Source of the DNA: Nitrospirales bacterium
GTDB lineage: Bacteria; Nitrospirota; Nitrospiria; Nitrospirales; UBA8639
DNA length: 64,000 bases
Assembly (NCBI GenBank): GCA_965203295.1
Contig: CBDBCZ010000015.1
Location: 64,001-128,000, forward strand
Direction of reading: 5' to 3'
The position numbers were made by a program, and so were the translations under genes. Below, piece after piece: positions 1 through 11,100 of the stretch. Under the pieces are notes generated by a model, which did not search any database, was not told the DNA's origin, and worked only from the letters and a program-made list of their open reading frames with translations. The first letter of the stretch is position 1; each line of letters opens with the position of its first letter.

Positions 1-80
1 AGAAATTAGGTAGCTAAATCCCCAAAGGCATGGAAAATGTATCTACACTTTTGTATAATGTTTTGAAATTAATCCCACAG

Positions 81-1707
81 AATCATGGACTGCCTTGGTA
101 CTGGCCAATTTGGTACGGTACACAAAGCCATGTGGAAGGCTCAAAATGAAAAGGCACAGGATGTAGCTGTGAAGATAATATCTACTATTTCAGTGGAAAA
201 CCGAGTCAAACTTCTCCAAGAAGCAGCAATAATGAGTCAGTTTGCTCATCCAAACATCATCAGATTATTTGCAGTTACATTAAGTGAAGACAGTGTAAGT
301 TACTGTACATTAGGTGACTAATAGTATCAGTAGCAGTTATAATAGTGACATGTTGCATTTGTGTTTTGTCAGTTAATGCTGGTGATGGAAATGGCCTCTA
401 GTGGTGACCTTCTGAAGAAACTGATTTCAATGAGCCCAAAGTAAGTACCAACTCTGATATGTGACTTGTTTAAAATGCATAATCATGTTATCAGTAATAC
501 TGACACTAGAATCCTGGGTTCATCAACAAATGTATTCTCTTTAGGCCCGGACAGCTTGCTCGTGAACAGACTGGTACAATCTTTCTCAACCTCTCATTGC
601 AAATTGCATTTGGAATGGAATACCTCTCTAACAAGAGATTCATTCATCGTGATCTGGCAGCACGCAACATTCTGCTGTCTGAGGGCTACATCTGCAAAGT
701 CAGTAATCTAAAAAAAATAAATATGAACGTGTATAACCATCAATCAATATCCTTAAATTATTTGTAGATTGCTGACTTTGGTATGTCCCGAGACCTTGCC
801 AACGACAACTGCTACATGTCTCGGGGTGGTAAAATTCCAGTGAAGTGGACGGCTCCAGAAGCAGTACAGTACAGGAAATATTCTACTGCCAGTGATGTCT
901 GGAGTTATGGGTGCCTGCTTTATGAAATCTGGACTTTCGGGAAAACACCATTTGAAGGATGTTCCAATATACAGGTGTGTGCAACCAATGTCTGCATCAT
1001 AGATGTATGGTTTTAGTCATGCCTGTATAATATTACATATTACAGACGTTGGAAAAATTGGACTCTGGCTACCGTCTTCCTCCCCCACCTGGGTGCCCCA
1101 GAGTTGTCTATGAACTGATGATCAAGTGCTGGTTAGTTGACCTGTTCTTTTGTTTAATCCATGCACACACATAGCATTACAAGCGAACTACTAGCATTAA
1201 AACTGGGGTCATGGCAGTGGGGATTTTACTGTAAATGACAATTGGTAGGCCTGGAAGCAAGGCTACCCTCTCCCTTTTTCCCTCCTCTTCATGCACTCCA
1301 GCAATACCTTCAATGCCCATTTATTTGCATGCATTCCGACATTTTACAACTTTATCTATGACTATATGCACACAAACACAAGAAGAACTGTACATTAAAG
1401 GCAGATATCACTAGAACAGAGCAAACGTGGGTTATATATAAAAGTTATTTTGGTCTGCATGCAAACTAATTTACTTGAAGTTCATTCCTATTATAGGCAT
1501 CCAGGGGCAACATCTCGACCCGGTTTCAGGGACATTGTGATGCACATGATGAGACCTGAAAGTGAAATGCTAGAAATACCACAAGAAGCACTAAACACCA
1601 ACACGCTTGCTGGAGTCTTGGGGGGACCTCTGAAAGCTGGAATAAACATGTACTGTGATCTTCAGTGGGCATACTTCTCACCTAGTGGCGATGAAATCAC
1701 TGTATAG
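81..1707 (+). CDS. RTK1: receptor-type tyrosine kinase, Eph-like kinase domain (3' part only; 5' exons upstream of window)
   Basis: GT-AG exons 81-294, 373-440, 545-698, 768-974, 1046-1131 and 1497-1707 splice in frame. They give [50 protein letters not shown] and [11 protein letters not shown]; stop TAG at 1705-1707. Confidence 0.9.
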
Positions 1708-2162
1708 CAGTTCATTCATTTGGACAGTTTGTTTATTCACTATGTCAAGTAAAATTTTGCTGTTGCTCATGAGATTGGCAAAGGGGAAACCTAATTGTAC
1801 GTATATGTACATATAACTATGTGAAATTCCATTAAAGCCTAGGAGTGCTGGCAACAAACTCTCCCATTGTATGGCACGAGACTAGTATCAGACGTTCAGC
1901 CATCCTGCATGTATCAATACTACATACTCCGGATCCGTGTGCCTGCCTATAAGTCATAATTAGAACTAAGCATACTAACAAAGAGCATATCAGGTATAGA
2001 CCTGGCACAAAATAGGGCAATAATTTCATAGGAGAGCATGACTAAAACGTTTACGTAGATGATAGATGGTTGGTACATGTTACCATAGAGACAGATTTTT
2101 CGGAGCTTTATATCTCGCTGAACATAGACACACAGGCCATCACACTTAGGCCACGTCCTCTA

Positions 2163-2278
2163 CCCCACCCACGTACCAAGTAGGTTTGATTATAGCTGGC
2201 AAGCTCTATTCACCCTTCGGGCTCATAGAGCTTGCATGCCGCCCATGATCAAACCTATACTTATGGTATGGGTAGGTT
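2163..2278. mobile_element. Palindromic (hairpin) interspersed element
   Basis: Imperfect inverted repeat TACCAAGTAGGTTTGAT..GCAAGCTCTAT / ATAGAGCTTGC..ATCAAACCTATACTTATGGTA around a CCCTTCGGG loop. Confidence 0.5.
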
Positions 2279-3190
2279 ACTAGGTTATAGAGGTATACTG
2301 GTTATTATAGAGGGATAATAGGGATTATGTGTGGTTTTATTGGGATAATTATTGATGGTTATAGAAGGTTTTGGATGGTTATATAGTCAGGCTCCTGAGC
2401 AGAAATCATCTTCGAAATTGGAACTCGCTGGACTTTTCATGATGACTCACACCAGTGCCAATTTAAATGACGTTACATAACCACATAGATTAATAACCTA
2501 TTACGTACCAATTGGATCACGTGAACATTAATACCACCCATATTTTGTATCCTGCATGCATGATGATAATTATGTCAGGTGAGTGAGTGAAGAGACTAAC
2601 AGATTTTCCATTTATAGGCAAGATCCTTCATCTTAACATAGCTAGCTACGGTTGAAAAAACTATTCATCATAGCATCACTGGTTATAAGTGGTCTATTCT
2701 CAACTGCAGTGAAGGATGTAAAGTCTTTAATAGTTTAATAGTTACTGACATGCATGCCTATAGGTATGTATAACACTCAACAGGATAGATAATCCAACAC
2801 GTCCTCCTAGTGCTATATATCTCCTCCCTGGTCATAAACATATATGTTGCATGTGTTCCATTCAGACAACAGAGCAATGAAAATTGCCCACAGGGAAAGC
2901 ATTAGTGTGAAAGACTTTCCTAAAGGTTAAAACTTTCACCTTTATGAGCTAATAGGATATAGATGCAACTAATCTAGCTAGCAAATTAGCAATGAGTGTA
3001 CTAAAGGGACTTGAATAAAAGTTCAACATTCTACAAATTTATGCATTGTCTTTAATTGTGTGGTTGCAGTAAAATTTTTGTCACTGCAAGTTATTTCCCA
3101 TGCACACTCTCATTTAAAGTCTACAGATATAGCAAAGGTGTCTCAGTAAGTGAAATTAGTGAGGATTGGAGTTCAGACAAAGATTTAGAA

Positions 3191-6100
3191 ATGTGTACAA
3201 TAATATTTGTACAAGTGGCATTTTTGGCCATACTTTATCAAGCAGGTAAGCTGACTGACTAACTGCAATTGCATGCAGGCTTGTATTGATCATGGCAAGC
3301 CAGTGCATGGGTGACTCTATTCATGACTTGCATATATGTGGCTAATTATTTTTATCCCCCGTCCTCTATAGGATATACCGAAGGTACAGATACCAGTGTG
3401 TGTCCCCCAATATTAGGCACCAATCTTGGTCAAACCCGTACGGTGGGTACTTCTGAGTCAGAAGAATCTGATAGTAGTAGTAATGCTGTAACCAGGCCTG
3501 CCTATACCGGACTATTGTTGGATTTTGACAGCCAAGCAGAATGCACAGGAACCGCTGCAGTGTGGCACTATTGTTTCTACTTGGAGTCAAGCAGTTCATA
3601 CTACTCACAAGTGGCTGAGTTTGGTGTATACAGAATGCAAGAAAGTGGAAACTATGCTCGTGTGAGAGAAAGTCACAGAAGAGTGGAAGTACACAATGAA
3701 TACTCATTGTTAGTTCCAGATTTCATTTGTCAAAGTATCACAATGGATGAACCATTCTCAGTCCTTGAAGGAGACCTAATCGGAGCTTGCTTACTCAATG
3801 ATCCCACTAATAATATCTACGCACTTGATCTTCTTGCTATTGCAGATGTCAGCCATAAACTCCACCGCAGAAATACATGCACTAGTTCAGAAGTAGATCC
3901 CTTAAGCTCGGAATGGTCCTTAATTAGCAGAATGGCTCTACATCTTTACCTGGAGATAAATTACACCACAGTGTCATCAACAGTGTCACCTACAGCATCA
4001 ACATATCATCCATCAGAGATAGGTAAGACCTAATATAATGGAGTCCAAAAGAGTTCACCCTGCTCTATAATACGATTGCATGCAAAAAATAGTCATTTCA
4101 CTATAGTATCCCATTTAACCCTCACTGTAATTTATTAGTATTTCCATCCATAATGCAGCAATAACTACAAATACGTTCGGCATTAGTACACCTACATCTA
4201 CCATTCGAAACGGGTTCTCATCTACTATGCAATCAAACAGTGTTACTCCAATGCTATTAGCTCCAATGAAAGGAGAAGAGGTACAATCACATTCAGGATC
4301 ACAGCTACTATTGAGCAGAAAGGCAATTGCTGGCATTACAGGTGGATTGGGAGCCCTGATTTCAATTTTAATATGCTTCATTGCTGCACTTGTTTATGGT
4401 ATTGTATTGAAAAGAAGGAAACCAATTGTTCAGAGTGAGATAGTTTGTGAATTAAAAAGCATTAATTGGACCAGTGCTGAAGCCAGAGTTGAAGAACTTG
4501 AGGTGGGCAGTTATAGACAGTGCATGGTATAAGAAGCAATTCCATAATCTGGTTATACGTGATACTAAGATACCAGAGTTAAAGTACAATGTGTGTACAT
4601 AAACCAAAGTGTATAGCCTAGGATGCGTATAGTGCATGTTTCGTGGCTGCATGCATGCATGTGCATATAGTTATGTAATGTACCTACCGGTATAACACAA
4701 TTCACTTATGCAGGATCAATATCCGTCAGATGAGACCCTTTACAATGATCCATATTCCACTGAAGAGCTCCTACTTGAACAGATTAAGAACCAAGGAGTA
4801 ACAATGATTCCTAGGGAATCACTGGCGTACGTTAATTACTTTACACACATCATGTAATACTAACGTACGGGAAATTCTTTGCTCACATACAGATGCACTA
4901 TTCTCTTGGGTCAAGGAACATTTAGTGTCGTCAACAGAGGAATATGGCAAGATGATTCCGGTATGATATATGAGGTTGCAGTAAAATCTTTGGTTCCCGG
5001 ATCGCCAACAACTGAGAAGATCAAGCTTCTGCAGGAGGCGATAATGATCCATCAATTCAGTCATCCGAATGTGATCCAACTTTACGGAATGATCATGACA
5101 GATAAGCAAGTAAACCATTAAGAGCAACATGTTTATGCTAATTTATTTTATAACCACTCTAAATTAAATATACTATTTTTGAAAAATTATTCGAAAGAGC
5201 ATGTAGTATAACCATACTCTATTATACTATAGGTTGTGTTGGTGATGGAGCTTGCCCGCAAAGGAAATCTTCAGGCCCATCTCAAATATTTAGGCCAAGT
5301 GTAAGTCTATTATCTTATTTAAAAATGTCATGTAATGTTAATGACATAATGTCTGATTAGTCAGCAGATCCAGACAAGATCAGCCATGCAAAAAAAGTTG
5401 GTTGGTTTTTCAAAAGATATTGCGATGGGAATGCAGTACCTCTCCAGGAAGGGCTTTCTTCACCGAAGTATATCATCCAGCAGTGTATTACTTACAACTG
5501 CAGGCATGTGCAAAGTAAGGAGACAGCCAGTACTGCAACAGATGAAGTATTGAGGCTATAGACTGTACATGTGTATAGGCTCAAATGCGTGATAGTATAA
5601 ATAACTTTCTATACCCTCAGATTGCTGGTTTTCAGATGTCTCGAGGCCTATCAGAGAATGAAACCTACTATGCCTCTCGTGGTGCTAAAACTCCAATGAG
5701 GTTGACTGCTCCTGAAGCTATATCCTCCAATAAATTTTCATCAGCTACAGATGTTTGGAGTTATGGATGTTTACTGTATGAAATTTGGAGCTTTGGTCAC
5801 CAACCCTTTGAAGACTTTACAGAAACTGAGGTAGACAAACACATTACTTACATGCATGCATATACTCAAACCACATGTTTGTATATACCCAAGGTCTTAC
5901 AAAGGTTGGAGTGTGGGTACCGACATTCTCCCCCAACTGGCTGCCCAGTGATGATTGCTGAAATCATGAATCAATGTTGGTAAGTCTATAGCTCTGCTTT
6001 CCGCAAAGTCTCCAGTACCTATTTCATCAGGACCTCATTCTTTGCAGCCTATCCATGCAGCTTTTGCCTATGTAATAATAGAGAACAGCTATAGCAACAG

Positions 6101-6373
6101 TGTACAAACCCAGTTACTATGGATAGCATATTTGTACTTAAGCGTTCAAATCACACTATTCTCTTTCCCAGGCACCCAGACCCTGAATCCCGTCCTACCT
6201 TCAGGGATCTGCTAATTGTTCTCCTGAAGTTCGAGGACTCACTGGTGGATGTCTCAGGAAAGCCTGTTGATGTCTCAGCATGGTCTGAAGAGCCTGGAGA
6301 GGATGAGGCTGTTGATGAGATATACTGCAACAATGATTTACTCGATGTGGAAGAAATTTATGATGAGATCTGA
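3191..6373 (+). CDS. RTK2: single-pass receptor with orphan Cys ectodomain and catalytically degenerate tyrosine-kinase (pseudokinase) domain
   Basis: Signal-peptide exon 3191-3245 (MCTIIFVQVAFLAILYQA), ectodomain exon 3372-4022, S/T stalk plus TM exon 4159-4502 (AIAGITGGLGALISILICFIAALVYGIVLKRRK), juxtamembrane exon 4714-4826, kinase exons 4893-5109, 5233-5300, 5361-5514, 5621-5830, ~5894-5980 and 6172-6373. HRD loop reads HRSISSSS and DFG reads GFQ. Confidence 0.88.
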
Positions 6374-7212
6374 CTTATAGTACTATCACATGCCTTATAA
6401 TTTAGTGTACATCCATTAGGTCAAACTTTACTTTGTAAACAGAAAGGCTGTACTGATGTAATATGTAATATACTAAGCATACATGAAGATATGATGTAAT
6501 ATGTATTATACTAAGCATGACATGAAGATACTATTATTATAAGAATTGTCATGAGTAATGTTATAACCTTTCGTGATCTGGGGTATATATGCAAGTATCA
6601 CACATCTGTAGATACTAATGTGTATTGTGTTTTTCAGATAGAAATTTAGTGACTTAATGTCCAGTGTGTTAAAATTGAGTTAGAAGAGCCTGTGTAAATC
6701 ATTGACATAACAGAAAGCAGGTGGTTCTGCCAAGATGATCATGAATATTAGTTATAAGCTTCATCTCACTTCTTTCTCTTGATGGTATGCATAATGTGTT
6801 TTACATTAATTTTAAGCGAACTTTTCATAATTAGTACAATGTCTGTTAAGTATTAGTGATTGTATATGAAAGAATATGTGATAAGTTAACAAAATCAGTG
6901 CTAAATCACAAAATTAATTGTCATTAGGCATCAAAGAGCAACCAGGTCAAAGAATTTCAATTTATACATCCAACACTCGTTCGTTTCATGATCCGTTTGA
7001 TGAAGACACTATAACCTTTTCTATGATAGTGCAACATTTTGTATTTCACCTTTGTTCATGGTGTATGAAGTACAGTGACTACTAAACGAATGATTTTTCC
7101 TCGTGTGTACATGCATGCTGCATACACTACATAGTTCGCTTAATCAGTGAATCTGTTAGCCAATTAGCGAGGTGGCATAGCTATAAAATTCTGTTCATGT
7201 TCATTAAGCAAT

Positions 7213-7985
7213 AATGTTCTAGACAGCTATAAGCTATTTTCTTAACTGATTGCTGTGCAGCAGGTACTGTATAAGAGAACAATAACAACGGTACTGTCGT
7301 AGTAATGCTGTGCTATTTTGTCATACCAGTAATACATACACCAAAGTGATGAGTGCCTGGGTGATGCCCTCAGTTAGAGTCTACTGCCACACAAAATTCA
7401 GGATTCTTTGAAATAGTTAAAGGTCGGTTTGGGTGAGGGGAATTTAAAGTCCGAGGCGAAGCCGAGGAGTTTAACCCCTCACCCAAACTGACCTTTAACT
7501 GATTTAATGTATACATTGGTATAGCAATGATCCCTGTATGTGGCCTCCTTTGAGTGCTATAAGCGTGGGGAAAAGTGGTTGCCATGGTAATGTACATTAA
7601 ATAAGTGAAAATCCTGTGGAGTGCTCTGGCGACATTACAGCCTGGAGATTCTGCTACTATACAAATACTAGACCTTGTAGATCGGGCAGTTATGAAGCCG
7701 CATTTGGCTTATATACAGAAAGCAATGTAGGAGAAGGCTTTGAACTGTTGTCTCACACTGAACAGTGTAAGCAAGGATGGAGAATCCTTTACAGATAATG
7801 CTGGATTGACTTGTGAGCTTCTGTAGCTGAGAGTACGCCTTATAACATTGAAGAAGGATATCGTTAATTTGTATGGATTCTAATATCTATAGTTTGAAGA
7901 GGAATTACATTACTAAAACACGCTTATACAGTGGTAGAATATTACATCCATTCTCCATTATAGCCCAAGAAGTAACAGGAACTAG
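7213..7985 (+). pseudogene. Decayed RTK-family ectodomain exon (no TM or kinase exons follow)
   Basis: Fragments ESTATQNSGFFEI / SENPVECSGDITAWRFCYY..GSYEAAFGLY..GLTCE..YNIEEG match the family ectodomain. They are broken by stops, frameshifts and a 188-bp insertion at 7416-7603. Confidence 0.75.
7416..7603 (+). mobile_element. Non-autonomous hairpin element (Helentron/HINE-like architecture) inserted in RTK pseudogene
   Basis: 26-bp arms AGTTAAAGGTCGGTTTGGGTGAGGGG / CCCCTCACCCAAACTGACCTTTAACT (1 mismatch) surround CCGAGGCGAAGCCGAGG. A second IR (ATTTAATGTA / TACATTAAAT) has its partner at the 3' end. AAATA flanks both sides, and removing the insert restores the frame. Confidence 0.7.
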
Positions 7986-8119
7986 TCTAAAACACCTGCC
8001 CACTTGAAAGCGCAGATGAGTATCCGGATGTAAATGTGGTCGAGGGCCAGCCCACTTCCGCTGGCCCGCGAAACTAAACTGACACGATATAATCGTTCGC
8101 GTATATTAAAACGCGAACA

Positions 8120-11100
8120 ATGTGTGGAATTTTTGCTTGTGTTGAGTGTGTTGGCTCAGTGGCTGGGAAAGCTTGGCACTTGAAGGTCAGGAAGCAGTTG
8201 TTACTAGTAAATGGACCAGCTTTTAAAATAAGCTGATGTAGTCTAGCTAGCTATCACCACAAACAATAGATATCTTACTCTATCATCAATGCCTTGACTA
8301 CCTCTGATGTCGTACCAACTGTTGGTAGGAACATCAACTACACTCTCTTGCATTATGGATAATCTGCACTGAATAAACATACACACACAGCACCCACTGA
8401 TTGAAAGATTAAAGCGAAGGGGTCCTGACCTGCTACAGGAAGCTAAGATACCATGTGGTAACCTGAACGTTCATTTACTGGGTACTCTCCTGCAAATGCG
8501 TGGACCAGCAACGCCGCAGCCACAACAAAACAAGAATGGAGACTGCCTGCTCTGGAATGGGAATGTTTTTGGAGGAGTACAGGTGAGCAGTTGACGTGTA
8601 CATTTTGGGTTTACCATATTCATTCTAATTAAAGTGCACACAGAAGAAATTACATCACTATGAAGTGGAAGCAAGGTTTATATTCAGCACTACATTTTTA
8701 GGCATTTTTGCACGCCACCTTTTATGTTTCAGTCGATACTTTGCAGTATTCAAGTCAGTACTGCATATTATTTGAATTCTACACAGCACCTTACAATATT
8801 GAGTTTGTACTCTGTACTGCACATCGTTGGCACAACTTATTTTTAATTTAGTCAAAGAGTGAGCTACAACAATATCCACTGATCACCTTACGTGACCTTA
8901 GTGTTTACATGTAAAACGTGTATACCTCTTTGCCGGTTGAATATACAGACAGTACTCACGAGTACAAAAAAAATTATGAGCAAAAATTGAATGAAATTAT
9001 TAGTACATACATCCTGGAGTAGAAGCAGGAAGGTGACCTGCAAACTCCTTGCTGTCTCAACTCATCTGCTCTTTAAACAAGTCATAGCCTGAACTGAGAG
9101 CTACAGGCAAATTAGAGGGTCATATCACAGGTAGAAGCTGTTGGCAAACGTGCAGCTAAGTTGTGGTCCAAGTGTATAGATGGCTTCTCATCAAACCCCA
9201 TGGCGGAACTGCTTCAGCCCCTGTACAAAATGCCAACAGCCGTAGTCGGGATCTAATTGTGGCAAAGCCTGAGCTAGTGAGCCCCACACTAGTGAGTATA
9301 GCGGATCAATTCTTCTACACGTACATAGCATGTGTCTGTCTAAGCAGAGACTGGGTGGTAACAGGACAGAGTGCACTAGAAACTGCCTCGACAACACCAA
9401 TTATCACTGACAGTAATCACACTTGTACCAACTCTGGCCCAGAGCAGGTGCAAATGGAATCCCATTCTGAACTCAGCTCTGAATGCTTGTTTCCTGTTGG
9501 TGTTCTAAGAAGACTGATGATCACGAACATAACCTTTGATCTGTCCCTAGTGGTACTGATGTACAGAACTTTCAAAGTTGCACAGCTTTTCTAGAAGTTG
9601 TAGTATAGTTCCAGACACCGATTGTACGCGTATACAGGCAGCCGGTTTTATCACAACAGGATGCAAAGCTAGTGTATTATCAAGTTTTCTTTTTATTTAC
9701 GCTATAGATTGAGTCTCATGAAAATGATACAGTGAAGGTCTTGGAGCTACTAGGTGGGCAGAAAGACCCAAAGGAAATACTGGCCACTCTCAGCAGTATC
9801 AAAGGACCCTGGGCTTTTGTATTTTGGCAGGTACATACATTAATGATCGATGCTTTGCTCTCATCTTGATTCCGAAAGCATTAAGTGTTTGTTTGCTCGC
9901 AATTCCAGGCATGCACCAGATCTCTGTGGTTTGGTCGGGATGTCTTCGGCAGGAGGAGCCTCCTCTGGCACCTCCCGACATCTGTAGGGGATTCTTTGGT
10001 ACTCTGTTCAGTTGGACTGTATGACCCAAAGCACATGCCATTAGTAAGTCTATTCATGCATGCACTTGTATCATGGGGCATTGTACTACTTTAGTCATTT
10101 CTGTAGCTATTGCTGCATTGTTTTGGGTTTTCAGGCCAAATGTACATGTATATATCTTTGTTACTGGGTGAAAGGCAGTTTGATCACTAACACACCCCCC
10201 ATGGGCCTCTCAGAAGATCCTTCCCAGTCACTTGGGATGATGTGTAATAAACACCTGCCAGCATGCTATCTGCAGCAAACCAGCACTCCTAGGTGTGCTA
10301 TAATCAGTGCTTGAATAAGAAACTGGGGTATAGATAAAAATTAGTGGCAGCAAGTAGTAATTATTAAATTAATCATGTACGTATAACCATAATTGCAGGA
10401 CTATAGATAACTGAGTATTATCTTCTTTTCACTCTTTAGGGCTATTGGCTTGAAGTGCCTGCCACTGGATTGTTTCAAATGAAATGTGGAAGTGAAGAAC
10501 ATAGTTTCTGTAAGAAATCTTTTATGGCTTTGTTCTAGATACGTATATGTGTTTATTAATTTTTCCATACAGCGGATCTCATCTGCTATCCTTGGATGGA
10601 GGGAGGCAAGTGCACATCCGTTTAGTCTTGCACCTGGCATTCCTCCCAGATTGAATCCCATATAGCCAGGGAGAAATATTGCGCCCCTGATTCGTCTCTG
10701 CGGCTATGACATGAAATCTGGGTTAGGAAGGCCAGTGATGTATTGGGTTACATATAATATTGTTGTACAGGAATTTGCTTTCAAGAAGAGGGGAACATCT
10801 GTGCAGAGCTCTCTTCCTTACAAACATCTTTGAAGAGTAGAATTATCAAAAATGAGGGCCTTCAGGTGCCCTTTCCACCATTAAATAAGAAGCTGCCACC
10901 ACCAGACTTTAGCGTGAGAACAAATCCATTGAAGGAAAGCTGCAGCCCTGGATTGGAAAGCAGTGTGCAAGTTGCAAAGAAAGAAACAGGTGTGCCAAAA
11001 TCTTAAGAAGATTTAAACAAAAAAAGTGTGTAGAGTTACAGTCAGTTGCTTTTTACAGATATTGCTAGCTCTGGGGCTGACAGTGCAATAGCTCAACAGC

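Noticed and set aside
4139..4158. Apparent frameshift in RTK2 if the AG at 4137-4138 is the acceptor
   Set aside because: The acceptor at 4157-4158 (TAATGCAG) keeps phase 1 and the frame, so the gene is not a pseudogene on this basis.
7986..8119. ASDURF-like upstream ORF as in vertebrate ASNSD1
   Set aside because: No suitable ORF is seen; the region is a short promoter preceded by a MITE remnant and the RTK pseudogene.
9163..9594. 143-aa ORF in ASNSD1 intron, and similar antisense or intronic ORFs (17182-17619, 21747-22202, 33363-33852, 41836-42168)
   Set aside because: No recognisable motifs or splice context; explained as chance ORFs, antisense shadows or repeat-derived frames.
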